A DNA stretch of 64,000 bases. Source: an uncultured Gemmatimonadales bacterium (GTDB lineage: Bacteria > Gemmatimonadota > Gemmatimonadetes > Longimicrobiales > RSA9). The stretch spans positions 25,288-89,287 of the forward strand of contig CAWAMW010000014.1 in NCBI GenBank assembly GCA_963783305.1, given 5' to 3'. The translations under genes were made by a program, and so were the position numbers. Below are positions 51,947 to 62,057 of the stretch, piece after piece. The notes beneath the pieces were generated by a model. That model did not search any database, was not told the origin of the DNA, and saw only the letters and a program-made list of their open reading frames with translations. Every line of letters starts with the position of its first letter. Within the stretch, counting starts at the first letter, position 1.

Positions 51947-53586
51947 CCCGAGCCTCTCGCCGTGCAGCGACCGCCGCCGCCCTCGCCATCTCCGCGGGAG
52001 CGGCGATCCCGGTGACGCCCGCCGCCGCCCAGGAAGCTTCAGCCCGCCTGCCGTTCGACCCCTGCGCAATGCTGTCGGAGAACGCCGTGACCGATCTCTC
52101 CGGTCCCGCGGAGGAGCTGCTGAGGTGGGGGGAGATCACGGGCGTTCTGCCGCAGCGCGCGCGCTCCATCCGCCGCCCGTCCGACGACGTGGCGCGCCCG
52201 CCGTGTCAGGGTGCCGACGCACGGGCCGCCGCAGAGTACGTTTGGGGGCCCGCCCGAATCAGCGCCCTTCCCGTCCGTCTGGGATTCAGTCACAACGGCG
52301 CGTATCCCGACGACCGTAACAACGGCGCGCTCTGGGCTGGGCGGGGGGCCGCGGGGCTGCTCACCGCGGGAATCCGGGTGGAAGCGGGTCCACTGAGTGC
52401 CGGGCTAGCCCCCACGCTGGTGTACCAGGAGAACCAGCCCTTCGAGACCCGGTCGACCACTCGTCCCGGCTACTCGGATCTCGTGAACCCTTTCTACGTC
52501 GGCATCGACCTGCCGCAGCGTTTCGGTGAGGAGTCGTACTCCGAGACGAGCTGGGGGCAGTCGTACCTGAGGATCGATGCCTTCGGCGTGGCCGCGGGGA
52601 TCTCCACCGAGAACCTGTGGGTGGGGCCGGCGGCGCGCTATCCGATCCTCATGAGCAACACGGCCCCGGGGTTCCGTCACCTCTTCCTCGGGACCTCGAC
52701 CCCAGTGGACCTGTGGCTCGCGAAGGTCCATGGCCAGCTCATGCTGGGCCGGCTGGAGGAATCGGACTACTTCGACAGCGTGCCCGAGAACGACGAAAGT
52801 CGACTGGCCATGCTGGTGCTGACGGTCCAGCCGCGCTGGCTGGACGGTCTGGAGCTGGGCTTCGCCCGCAGCTACATGTACCGTCCGACCGAGGGTGACA
52901 ACGACCTCGCGGCCCTCTTCCGCCCGAGCGATACCAACCTGCCGGGGAACGAGCTGGCCTCGATCTTCGCTCGCTGGGCCTTCGTGGAGAGCGGAGCCGA
53001 GATCTACGGGGAATGGGCGCGTGACGACCGCTATGCCACACTGGAGGACGACCTCATCCCCGAGATCGACCACTCCCAGGCGTACATGATCGGGTTCCAG
53101 AAGGTCACGGGGATCGGCGGCTCCGGGGCTGCCCCTCGGGCCGTGCGCGTCCGGGGCGAGCTGGTGCACCTCCAGGAGAAGGCGGAGCCCCGTCCAGGGA
53201 GGCCTCTGCCGACCTACTACACCCACTCTCAGGTTAGGCAGGGCTACACGCACCGCGGCCAGCTCCTGGGAGCGGCCGTGGGGCCAGGTGGCGATGGGCA
53301 GTTCATCGGAGTCGACGCGCTGTTCCCCTGGGGGATGGCCGGAGCTTTCGTCGAGCGGGTCCGGCGCAATGATTCGTCTACGGCCGCACGGCAGGCCCGG
53401 TTTTCCTTTCCCTACGATCACGACACCGAGCTGACCGGTGGGGTACGAGGGATGGTGCTCCTGGGGGAGCTCGTGCTGGAGGGCAGCGTGGGGTACGGCA
53501 AGCGGTGGAGTCGGGACTTTCTCCACGATGATGAGGGCGTGAAGATCGAGCTGGACCTGCAGTGGTGGCCGGGGACGTGGCCATGA
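51943..53586 (+). CDS. second Wzi-like outer-membrane protein
   Basis: signal peptide, STENLWVGP, ILMSNTAPGF, YTHRGQLLGA. Confidence 0.7.
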   Translation: MTRASRRAATAAALAISAGAAIPVTPAAAQEASARLPFDPCAMLSENAVTDLSGPAEELLRWGEITGVLPQRARSIRRPSDDVARPPCQGADARAAAEYVWGPARISALPVRLGFSHNGAYPDDRNNGALWAGRGAAGLLTAGIRVEAGPLSAGLAPTLVYQENQPFETRSTTRPGYSDLVNPFYVGIDLPQRFGEESYSETSWGQSYLRIDAFGVAAGISTENLWVGPAARYPILMSNTAPGFRHLFLGTSTPVDLWLAKVHGQLMLGRLEESDYFDSVPENDESRLAMLVLTVQPRWLDGLELGFARSYMYRPTEGDNDLAALFRPSDTNLPGNELASIFARWAFVESGAEIYGEWARDDRYATLEDDLIPEIDHSQAYMIGFQKVTGIGGSGAAPRAVRVRGELVHLQEKAEPRPGRPLPTYYTHSQVRQGYTHRGQLLGAAVGPGGDGQFIGVDALFPWGMAGAFVERVRRNDSSTAARQARFSFPYDHDTELTGGVRGMVLLGELVLEGSVGYGKRWSRDFLHDDEGVKIELDLQWWPGTWP

Positions 53587-54854
53587 GGCCTCACACGGAA
53601 GCTGTCGCCCGCCGGTATTTCCGCAGCATCGCGGTGCTCGCGCTCCTGGCGGTACCGCTGGCGTGCGACGAGCCGCTGGACCTTGCCCACCCGGAGGCCC
53701 CCCAGCTCTGGCGCGACGTGAGTGCGGGCGACCTGCACACCTGCGCCACGGCGCTCGACGGACACGCCTGGTGCTGGGGCTACGAAGCGACCGCCCGGCT
53801 GGGATACATATCCGAGGGGGCACCCTGTACCGGCGACTTCTGCTCGGAGCCCGTGCCGGTGGTCGGCGGGGCAGCCATGGAGGGGATCGAGGCCGGGGAG
53901 GCCCACAACTGCGGCATCAGCGGCGGCGCCCCCCTCTGCTGGGGCTGGGGCTGGCGCGGTCAGCTCGGGGACGGGGGAACGCTGGAAGGCCGCTGCGTTC
54001 CACCGGGCGGGCGGAGCGCATTTCCGTGCTCGCTCGAGCCTGTTCCGGTGGCCCTCGGGTTCGACGTGCGGGATGTGGCGGTGGGCGGCGAGCGCAGCTG
54101 CGCGGTGACGCGGGCGGGGGACGGGTATTGTTGGGGCTTCAACCACATGGGGCAGCTCGGGACGGGGGAAGTGGGCGGAGCCACGTGGGCCCCGACCGAG
54201 GTCGCCGGGGACCACGTCTGGGACCGGATCAGCCTCGGCCCGAGCCATGGCTGCGGCCTGGATGCCGCCGGTGAAATCTGGTGCTGGGGCGCCGGCGATG
54301 CGGGTCGGCTGGGCCATGGCAGCGTGTCCAGCTCACCAGTGCCGGTCCAGGTGGAGGACGATCGGGTGACGGGGAACGACCTGCGCTGGGCGGATCTGGA
54401 CGCTGGTGTTGCCCACACCTGCGGCGTGACCCAGGACGGCAAGGCCTACTGCTGGGGGCTGGGCGGGCGCGGCCGCCTTGGTGACGGGTCCGGCGTTTCC
54501 TTCCCGTTCCCGGTGCGGGCGAGGGTGCCCGGCGTCCCCAACGAGAGCCAACCCGTGATCGTTGCGGTCTCCGCTGGCGGCACCCACTCCTGCCTGCTCA
54601 CGGCGGAGGGAGAGCTCTACTGTTTCGGGGAGAACGACAATGGGCAGTTGGGCGACGGGAGCACGATCGATCGGCTCCGACCCTCGAGGGTGGTGGGCGA
54701 CAGGGTATGGGCGCGGGTGAGTGCGGGTACACGCCATACGTGCGCCATCGACGTGGACCAGGCGCTGTACTGCTGGGGAGACGGGAGCTTCGGTCGGCTG
54801 GGGACCGGCGACCTGAGCGACCGGCTGACGCCCCGGCGCATTCCTTCCGGCTAG
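53583..54854 (+). CDS. RCC1-repeat lipoprotein
   Basis: PLAC lipobox; about 7 repeats of AG..HTC....G..YCWG....G.LG. Confidence 0.9.
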   Translation: MRPHTEAVARRYFRSIAVLALLAVPLACDEPLDLAHPEAPQLWRDVSAGDLHTCATALDGHAWCWGYEATARLGYISEGAPCTGDFCSEPVPVVGGAAMEGIEAGEAHNCGISGGAPLCWGWGWRGQLGDGGTLEGRCVPPGGRSAFPCSLEPVPVALGFDVRDVAVGGERSCAVTRAGDGYCWGFNHMGQLGTGEVGGATWAPTEVAGDHVWDRISLGPSHGCGLDAAGEIWCWGAGDAGRLGHGSVSSSPVPVQVEDDRVTGNDLRWADLDAGVAHTCGVTQDGKAYCWGLGGRGRLGDGSGVSFPFPVRARVPGVPNESQPVIVAVSAGGTHSCLLTAEGELYCFGENDNGQLGDGSTIDRLRPSRVVGDRVWARVSAGTRHTCAIDVDQALYCWGDGSFGRLGTGDLSDRLTPRRIPSG

Positions 54855-55804
54855 AGGCGGCCGCGGCCCAGCTCCCGGACCTGCGTCGCCGCGTCGGCCA
54901 GCGGCCCGGGCAGCAGCAGCGAAAGCCGCGCGAGATACGGTCGGGGCCAGCGGGGGTCCAGGCGGCTGGCCTGGCGGTATCGCTCGGCCGCCTGGTGCCG
55001 CTCGCCGGAGCGGTGGTGGTGACGGCCGAAGGCGTAGTGTGTCCGTGCCAGCAGACGCGCCTCGTGCCTGCGGATCAGGGGGTACCGGGCCGCGAGTTTC
55101 GGCACCAGCCGGAGATTGTCCTCGAGAAAGCGAGGGGCGTGGCCGGAGTAGTTGCTGCCGGTGAAGTGGTGGACGGCGCTGTAGCCGGGAGCGCCACCGC
55201 CGTCGAAGCGCAGCGGCACCCCTTCCGCCACGAGCCGCAGCAGCAGTTCCAGGTCATCCGCTCCTCCGAGCAGTTCCTCATCCAGCAGACCGCAGCGGTC
55301 GAATGCGCGCCGTGGCACCAGCATGGTGACCAGCGGGGCCGCGTTCCCCCAGCGGACGAAGACGGACATGGCGGCGTCGCCGCCCTCCTCCAGACCGGCC
55401 ACGGCCCGGGAGGGTGGCCATACGAACGGCCTCCGGCCCGCGCCGGTGTGGAGGAGCCGTCCGAAGACGACGGGCGCTTCGCCTCCCGTATCCCGTGCGA
55501 CAGCGAGCTGCCTCTCGAGCTTGTCCTCCACCCATTCGTCATCCTGGTCGAGGAAGGCGATCCAGGCACTGTTCGCCGCACCGATCCCGGTGTTCCGAGC
55601 GCACGGAATGCCGCGGTTCGACGGGTGTCGTAGGCGGCGGATGGGAAGGTCGGAGCGGACGTCGGGCACCGGATCCGGAGAGCCGTCGTCGACGATGACC
55701 ACCTCCGCCGGCCTCGTCGTCTGCCGCTCGAGAGAACGAATCGCCCGCTCGATGGTCGCGGCCCCACGGTAGAAGGGGATGACCACCGAAACGGAGTCGG
55801 GCAT
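54851..55804 (-). CDS. glycosyltransferase family 2
   Basis: SVVIPFY, IVDDGS, ARNTGI, FLDQDD. Confidence 0.93.
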   Translation of the reverse strand: MPDSVSVVIPFYRGAATIERAIRSLERQTTRPAEVVIVDDGSPDPVPDVRSDLPIRRLRHPSNRGIPCARNTGIGAANSAWIAFLDQDDEWVEDKLERQLAVARDTGGEAPVVFGRLLHTGAGRRPFVWPPSRAVAGLEEGGDAAMSVFVRWGNAAPLVTMLVPRRAFDRCGLLDEELLGGADDLELLLRLVAEGVPLRFDGGGAPGYSAVHHFTGSNYSGHAPRFLEDNLRLVPKLAARYPLIRRHEARLLARTHYAFGRHHHRSGERHQAAERYRQASRLDPRWPRPYLARLSLLLPGPLADAATQVRELGRGRL

Positions 55805-55877
55805 GGTGTGAGGTCCTGGCGAAGGGAGCGTTCTCGAAGCCTCCACTGAATCTAGCCCGTTCCGTGGCCGTCGACCA

Positions 55878-57413
55878 TCACCGCCCCTGTGTGTGAGTGC
55901 TCCGACCCAGCCCCACCGCGGCGAGAGCGCCGTGTCTCTCCTTGCGACCCAGTCCGCGCATCCAGGCCCAGCCCCCCCACAGGATCGTGAGGGCGATCAC
56001 ACCTGCGAAACGGGCGAACATGGAGTCGAGGGACACGACCGCGATGGCACCGCCGGCGCCAAGCAGCACGAGCGAAAGGACCGTGGCGGGCAGGCGCTCC
56101 CGCACGAGGAGACCGGCTGAAACGATCCTGAGGAAAACCACCGCTCCGAAGAGAAGGATCGAGTCGATCGCCACGCGCAGCGTCCACGCCGCCGCCGCGC
56201 CCACGATCCCCCAGCGAGCGAGGAAGCCCCAGAGGACGAGGAGGTAGAGCGGCAGCTCGATCAGGTGGAATCGGGCGGTGAGGTCGGGTCGGCCGCTGGC
56301 CTGTAGCAGCGTGTACGGCAGGTAGGCGGCGCCGTTCAGGATCATGCCGAGGGCGAGCCAGCGAAGGACGAGGCCGCCCTCGGCAGCGAAGGCGGCCCCG
56401 AGCCAGAGCTGGAGCAGGTCCGGCCCGAGCAGCGCCAGGGCGAGCAGCGGGGGCGCGATCAGGGCGAGGAGGTACTTGATCGCCCGGGTGAAGAGGAGGC
56501 CCTGGGAGGCGTCGCCGGCGGTCGGTCGACTGGAGAACGCCGGGAAGAGAGCCGCCGCCAGGCTGCCGGGGAGGATGGCGAGACGGGAGACGATCTCATG
56601 GGGCGCCGTGTAGTAGCCGACGGCCCGGGCGCCGACCAGCGCGCCGATCATGAAGCGGTCGATGTAGACCAGGAGCGGGCTTATGACCGTCGAAATGGTC
56701 ACCCAGCCGCCGAACCCGAGTACCTCCCGGGCGGAGGCGCGGTCGGGCAGCGACGGGCGTCGGAGCTCGGGCCAGAGCCGGAGGCAGGCGGTGAGATACG
56801 CGATCAGTGCCGCGGCACGCAGGACCACGAGCCCGAGGACGATTCCGCTCAGGCTCCAGTCGAGCCACACCCCCACGAGTGGCACGAGGAAGTTGCCGGC
56901 GCTGGTGGGTCCCCGGATCAGGTTGACCAGGTCGAATCGCTGGCCCGCTTCGAGGAGTCCGCGGAACGTGTTGGTGACCACGATGATCGGTGCGGCCGCG
57001 GCGAGGGCCATGAAGGCGGCGAGGGCCTCCACCTCCAGCGCCGGTGGCAGGTCGAGCAATCGCTCCACCAGCGGTCGTGAGAGGAGGGCCAGCGCGCCCC
57101 CGGTCGTCAACGCCACGACCACCTGCACCATGGTGGTCATGGTGGCGACGCCCCGAAGGGCCCGAAGGTCGCCGCGGGCCAGGGCCTCCGCCGCGAATTT
57201 CGTAGTGGCGCGGCCGAGCCCGAGATCGAGCATGGCGAGGTATGCGAGAACCACCCACAGGAGCCCCAGGATTCCGAACCGGGCCGAGCCGAGCCCCTCG
57301 ACGACCGGCGGCATGGCCACCACCCCCACCACCAGGGGGAGCCCCAGGCCGGCCAGATTGAGCATGCTGTTCCGCGCCAGCCGGTGGGACGACCGGTGGG
57401 TCTCCGGAGCCAT
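55878..57413 (-). CDS. Wzx flippase
   Basis: LARNSMLN, LDLGLG, YIDRFMIG, VGYYT, many TMs. Confidence 0.92.
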   Translation of the reverse strand: MAPETHRSSHRLARNSMLNLAGLGLPLVVGVVAMPPVVEGLGSARFGILGLLWVVLAYLAMLDLGLGRATTKFAAEALARGDLRALRGVATMTTMVQVVVALTTGGALALLSRPLVERLLDLPPALEVEALAAFMALAAAAPIIVVTNTFRGLLEAGQRFDLVNLIRGPTSAGNFLVPLVGVWLDWSLSGIVLGLVVLRAAALIAYLTACLRLWPELRRPSLPDRASAREVLGFGGWVTISTVISPLLVYIDRFMIGALVGARAVGYYTAPHEIVSRLAILPGSLAAALFPAFSSRPTAGDASQGLLFTRAIKYLLALIAPPLLALALLGPDLLQLWLGAAFAAEGGLVLRWLALGMILNGAAYLPYTLLQASGRPDLTARFHLIELPLYLLVLWGFLARWGIVGAAAAWTLRVAIDSILLFGAVVFLRIVSAGLLVRERLPATVLSLVLLGAGGAIAVVSLDSMFARFAGVIALTILWGGWAWMRGLGRKERHGALAAVGLGRSTHTQGR

Positions 57414-58390
57414 CACCGGGCAACCGTGGCGGCCGGCGCGGCGGCCGCGCTCTCCAGCACGCGCAGAACCCGGCGGGCCACGTTTTCTCCGTCGAGCCCG
57501 CGATCGAGCACGCGCTGACGGCGCGCTGCTTCGTGGTCCGATCGGAGGTCCACCGCAGCCGAAAGCGCGTCCGCCAGCCGCACCGGGTCCCGGGGAGCGA
57601 TGCGGCAACCGGGGAGGCCGTCGAGGAGCCCGGCCACATTGCCCACATCCACGGCGACCACGGGCACTCCGCAGGCGAGCGCCTCCTTCACCACCATGGG
57701 CGAGCCTTCACGGTGGGACGTGAGCACCACCACGTCCGCCGCGACGAAGTAATCCGGGACATCCAGCGGGTCGACATTGACCAGCGTCGTCTCCACCGCA
57801 TCGAGGCCCCGCCCCCGCGCGGCCTCGAGGGTAGCCGCGAAGAGGGGGTAGTTCTTCACGCGGTCGGAGGGGTTGGCGGGGAACAGCACCACCGGCCGGC
57901 CGGTGGGGAGTCCCAGGCGTTCGCGGGCGGCGTGCCGGTCGCCCGGGGTGAAGCCGGCGGCGACCCCGCACGGGATCACGTGGGCGGGTCGGCACACCGT
58001 CTCCGCCAGGCGCGGTGAGACCGTGATGACCGCCGTGGCGCGCCGGGCCGCGAACCGGCTCAGCACTCGCTGCCAGGGGATCCCGAGATCGCTCCCGTGG
58101 AAAGTCACGACCAGTGGCGTGGACCCGACAGCCAGGGCCGCCATGGCGCCCGTGAGCCCGTAGTGGGCGTGCACGACGTCGTAGCCGGTGCGGATCGCGC
58201 GGCGCAGGCGCGGCAGCCCGGCCACGTAGTCCCGTGCCCCCCGGGGTCCGGCCACGGTCAGGACGTCGAACCGGCAGCGGGGGGCGACCCGCCGGAGCGC
58301 TTCCACCTGCTGGCGGACGAAAAGGCCGGCGTGGGCGCGGCCCCCGCCGGGCCACATGTTGGTGACCACCAGCACGCGCTGCACGCTCAC
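57413..58390 (-). CDS. glycosyltransferase family 4
   Basis: VHAHYG, VTFHGSD, VKNY, EGSPMVVKEALACG. Confidence 0.92.
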   Translation of the reverse strand: MSVQRVLVVTNMWPGGGRAHAGLFVRQQVEALRRVAPRCRFDVLTVAGPRGARDYVAGLPRLRRAIRTGYDVVHAHYGLTGAMAALAVGSTPLVVTFHGSDLGIPWQRVLSRFAARRATAVITVSPRLAETVCRPAHVIPCGVAAGFTPGDRHAARERLGLPTGRPVVLFPANPSDRVKNYPLFAATLEAARGRGLDAVETTLVNVDPLDVPDYFVAADVVVLTSHREGSPMVVKEALACGVPVVAVDVGNVAGLLDGLPGCRIAPRDPVRLADALSAAVDLRSDHEAARRQRVLDRGLDGENVARRVLRVLESAAAAPAATVAR

Positions 58391-59787
58391 GCCACCGGCT
58401 CGGTCGCCGGCCCGGCCATCCGGTCCACCAGAGCCACCAGGGCGAAAAAGAGGATTCCGACCCGGGCGTGCAGGACCAGGTTGTTCGTCATGTTCTGCAG
58501 GAGAAATCCCAGCACTCCCAGGATGATGCCCTGGTAGATCAGCGCCGAGCCGCCGTTCAGGAGTCGGTGGCGGTTGCGCACGAGGATCCAGAGGGCGCCG
58601 GCGATGATCAGGATGAAGAAAAGCAGTCCCAGGAAACCCTTCTCGACCCCCATCAGCAGGAAGGAGTTGTGAGGCACGGAGCTGCTGGCTCCGAAAGCTG
58701 TGAGGCCATAGCTCCCATTGCCAAACCACAGCTCGTCGAGCAGCCGCTCCTGGCTGCCGAAGCCCAGGAGGAACCGATCCCTGAAGAGGGAGACGCCCAC
58801 GGAATACGTGCGCAGGCGATCCATCACCCGCTCCGGGAATCGCGTCAGTTTGTCCTGGAGCAGAGGGTTCGTCAGGTAGACCAGTGCGAAGCCGGAGAGC
58901 ATGAGCGTGCCGATCCCCAGCAGTCTGCGCCAGCCCACCCGCACCACGAACAGCAGGCCGAAGACCGCGGCGGCCAGCAGGGCCACGATCGAGCCGAGGG
59001 TGAGGGAGAGGAGCAGCGCGATGATCTGGAGCACGAAAGCGCCGAGAAGGGCGGTTCGTACGGTGATCCGCCGGGTGGCCGCGGCGAGTCCGAGGGTGGG
59101 AAAGCTCATCAGCACCATGAAGCCGCCGAGGAGATTCCAGTGATCGAAGGTCCCGTAGGCCCGGTTCACCTGGTACACCTCGTCGTAGCTCCAGCCGAGG
59201 AGGTAGGCCACCACGGCGTACGCCGCGACCGCCATGGAGCCGGCGAGCGCGCCGTAGAGCAGGGTCTTCAGCTTTCGAGGCGTATCGGCGTGGCTGTGGA
59301 CGAGCACGAGGATGGCCCCGAAGGCCAGGTACTTGAACACGGCCGACGCGATCTCTCCAAAGGTGCCGATGCGGTTCGCCACCAGGGAGACCACACTCAC
59401 CACGGCGAGCCCGAAGAGCGGCCAGAGGACAGGAGCGAGTGAGCGGACGGCGTCGCCAACGCGAGCCCGGGCCTCCCATATTCCGAACCCGCCGATGACG
59501 AGCATACCGGCCGTGAGCAGCTCACCCCCGTTTAGGCCCGCGACGATGGAGCGGTCGAGGAAGAGCGGGAGCAGGAACAGGTACCCCGCGACAGCCAGGT
59601 GGGGGCGGGCCACGAGCAGCAGGAGTCCCGGCACGCCCAGCCCCACCCCGATCACCACCACGGTCTGGAAGGTCGGCCCCAGCAGCGACAGCAGCGCCAC
59701 GGCGGCCCCGCCCACGACCGCGCCCAGCACCAGCAGTGCGGTCGTGGGGAGGGACGAGGCGGCCGTCGCCCGTGTGGCGGCATCCAT
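58387..59787 (-). CDS. O-antigen ligase / Wzy polymerase family membrane protein
   Basis: many TMs, RAYGTFDHWN, LGFG, PHNSFL...EKGFLG. Confidence 0.85.
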   Translation of the reverse strand: MDAATRATAASSLPTTALLVLGAVVGGAAVALLSLLGPTFQTVVVIGVGLGVPGLLLLVARPHLAVAGYLFLLPLFLDRSIVAGLNGGELLTAGMLVIGGFGIWEARARVGDAVRSLAPVLWPLFGLAVVSVVSLVANRIGTFGEIASAVFKYLAFGAILVLVHSHADTPRKLKTLLYGALAGSMAVAAYAVVAYLLGWSYDEVYQVNRAYGTFDHWNLLGGFMVLMSFPTLGLAAATRRITVRTALLGAFVLQIIALLLSLTLGSIVALLAAAVFGLLFVVRVGWRRLLGIGTLMLSGFALVYLTNPLLQDKLTRFPERVMDRLRTYSVGVSLFRDRFLLGFGSQERLLDELWFGNGSYGLTAFGASSSVPHNSFLLMGVEKGFLGLLFFILIIAGALWILVRNRHRLLNGGSALIYQGIILGVLGFLLQNMTNNLVLHARVGILFFALVALVDRMAGPATEPVA

Positions 59788-59798
59788 GGGAGTCGCGC

Positions 59799-60995
59799 TC
59801 AGGCGCGGGCGGCCGTAAGCGCCTCCCGCACCGCCTCCACCACGCGCTCCACCTGGGACTCGGTCATGTGGGGGTGCATGGGCAGTGAGAGGCACGTGGC
59901 CGCCGCCCTCTCCGTCTCCGGCAGCGGCTCCGCCGCCAGCTCGAGATCACGGAAGGCAGGCTGCAGGTGCAGGGGCACCGGGTAGTGGAACCCCGTGGGA
60001 ATGCCTCGCTCCGTGAGGGCCTGGTGCAGGCTGTCACGCTCGGACGAGTGGACCACGAAAAGGTGGTAGACGTGCCGGCCCCACGGCATCTGCACCGGCA
60101 GTTCGAGGGTGCCCTCCGCCGCGAGCCCTGAAAGAAGCTCCCGGTATTGGTCGGCGACGGCCCGTCGCCGCGCGTTCCAGTCTTCGAGCCGCTTCAGCTT
60201 CAGGCCGAGGACGGCGGCCTGGATGGCGTCCATGCGCGCATTGCCGCCATCGGCCCTCTCGTGGATGTACTTCCGCGCCTGCCCGTGGTCGCGCAGCACG
60301 CGAGCCTCATGCGCCAGCTCCTCGGCGCCGGTCACCACCGCCCCCGCCTCGCCCATGGCCCCCAGGTTCTTGCCCGGATAGAAGGAGAACGCGGCGGTCA
60401 CGCCCATGGCGCCGCACCGCGCCTCACGGCCGTCGGCAAAGAGGTAGCTCGCGCCGTGCGCCTGGGCGGCGTCCTCCACCACCGGCACGCCATGGCGCTC
60501 GGCGAGCTCCATGATCGGGCCCATGTTCGCGCTCTGGCCGTAGAGGTGGACGGGGAGAATGGCGGCCACGCGGCGTCCGCTGGGGACGTGATGGAGCGCC
60601 CCGTCCTCCTGACGGCACTGCCCGTCCAGCACGCGGGCCAGGGAGTCGGGGGAGAGGGTGCTGGAGTCGCGGTCCACGTCGAGGAACAGCGGCAGGGCGC
60701 CCAGCTGCGTCACACCCTCCACGGTACCGATGAACGTGTGCGACACCGTGAGCACCGCGTCCCCGGCGGAAACACCCGCCAGCTGGAGTGCCACCCGCAC
60801 CGCATCGGTGCCACTCGCCACCCCGACAGCGTGGGGGACGCCCACGTACGCGGCGAACTCGGCTTCGAAGGCGTCGAGGTGCCTGCCTCCGATGAAGCCG
60901 GAGCTGTCGATGATGTCGGCGAGAGCCGCGTCGATCTCCGGGCGGATCTCCGCGTGCTGCGCGCCCAGGTCGACGAACATGAGCGGGGCTGGCAT
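59799..60995 (-). CDS. DegT family aminotransferase (WbpE-like)
   Basis: SGTDA, PVHLYGQ, EDAAQAHG, SFYPGKNLG, LSLPMHP. Confidence 0.93.
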   Translation of the reverse strand: MPAPLMFVDLGAQHAEIRPEIDAALADIIDSSGFIGGRHLDAFEAEFAAYVGVPHAVGVASGTDAVRVALQLAGVSAGDAVLTVSHTFIGTVEGVTQLGALPLFLDVDRDSSTLSPDSLARVLDGQCRQEDGALHHVPSGRRVAAILPVHLYGQSANMGPIMELAERHGVPVVEDAAQAHGASYLFADGREARCGAMGVTAAFSFYPGKNLGAMGEAGAVVTGAEELAHEARVLRDHGQARKYIHERADGGNARMDAIQAAVLGLKLKRLEDWNARRRAVADQYRELLSGLAAEGTLELPVQMPWGRHVYHLFVVHSSERDSLHQALTERGIPTGFHYPVPLHLQPAFRDLELAAEPLPETERAAATCLSLPMHPHMTESQVERVVEAVREALTAARA

Positions 60996-62035
60996 CAGAG
61001 AGCCAGCGCTCCGTTCTGCAGGGAAACGGGGGCGCCGGAGCTGCGGATGGAGCGCTCGGCCGCTTCCAGGATCCGGACGATCCGGGTCCCATCCCGTCCG
61101 TCCACCATCAGCTCGGTGGTGCCGGTGATGGCGCCCACCACGTTCTGCACCTCCACCGCCAGGGCCTCTTTCATGCTGATCTGCGGCACCCACATGTCGC
61201 CCGAGCGGTACGAGACCAGCGGCTTGTACTCGGCGTCGCCGTTGTCCTCGGTGAGGAACGAAACGCCCTTGTCGTACACGCGCAGCTTCTCGCTGGGCTC
61301 CATGTCATCGTAGACGAGCATCTTGCTGCTCCCGCCCACGATGGTGCGCCGGATCTTGGCGGGCGCCAGCCAGTTCACGTGCACGTGTCCGAGGAACTCA
61401 TCCCCGTATCGGACCGTCAGGTACGCGATGTTCTCCGTGGGGCTGCCGCCGTGGCACATCCCCACCGCCGTCACCTCCTCCGGCAGCCGGCCGACGAGGT
61501 GGTCCATGATCGACACGTCATGGGGGGCCAGGTCCCAGAGTACGTTCACGTCGTGCTGGAAGAGTCCGAGGTTGATCCGTACAGAGTCGAAATAGTACAG
61601 CTCCCCCAGCTCGTTGGCGTCCACGAGCTCCTTCATCTTCTGCACGGCGCCGGTGAAGAGGAAGGTGTGATCCACGGCGAGCAGCAGACCCTTCCGGTCC
61701 GCCAGGTCGCACAGCTCTTCGGCCAGCTCCGTCCGGGTGGTGAGCGGCTTCATCACCAGCACGTGCTTGCCCGCCTCCAGCGCGCGTGTGCACAGCTCGT
61801 GGTGCGTCCACACGGGCGTGGCCAGCACGACCAGGTCGATGTCCGGGTCCTGGAGGACCCGATCCGGATCGTCGGTCACCAGCGGTACCGAGTGGAGCTG
61901 GCCCACCTTCCGCGCACGCTCCAGCTGAAGGTCCGCAACCCCGGTCAGCTTCGCGTGCTCGTGCTGAGCGAAGTTCCGGGCGAAGTTGGGCCCCCAGTAT
62001 CCGCATCCGAGGAGTCCGACATTTATATCCCGCAT
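60995..62035 (-). CDS. Gfo/Idh/MocA oxidoreductase (WbpB-like)
   Basis: GCGYWG, GKHVLVMKP, WDLAPHD. Confidence 0.9.
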   Translation of the reverse strand: MRDINVGLLGCGYWGPNFARNFAQHEHAKLTGVADLQLERARKVGQLHSVPLVTDDPDRVLQDPDIDLVVLATPVWTHHELCTRALEAGKHVLVMKPLTTRTELAEELCDLADRKGLLLAVDHTFLFTGAVQKMKELVDANELGELYYFDSVRINLGLFQHDVNVLWDLAPHDVSIMDHLVGRLPEEVTAVGMCHGGSPTENIAYLTVRYGDEFLGHVHVNWLAPAKIRRTIVGGSSKMLVYDDMEPSEKLRVYDKGVSFLTEDNGDAEYKPLVSYRSGDMWVPQISMKEALAVEVQNVVGAITGTTELMVDGRDGTRIVRILEAAERSIRSSGAPVSLQNGALAL

Positions 62036-62057
62036 CTGTGTCCTTTCAGCCCTGGTT

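Noticed and set aside
54851..54854. Overlap of convergent genes
   Set aside because: Ordinary 4-bp shared CTAG stop overlap.
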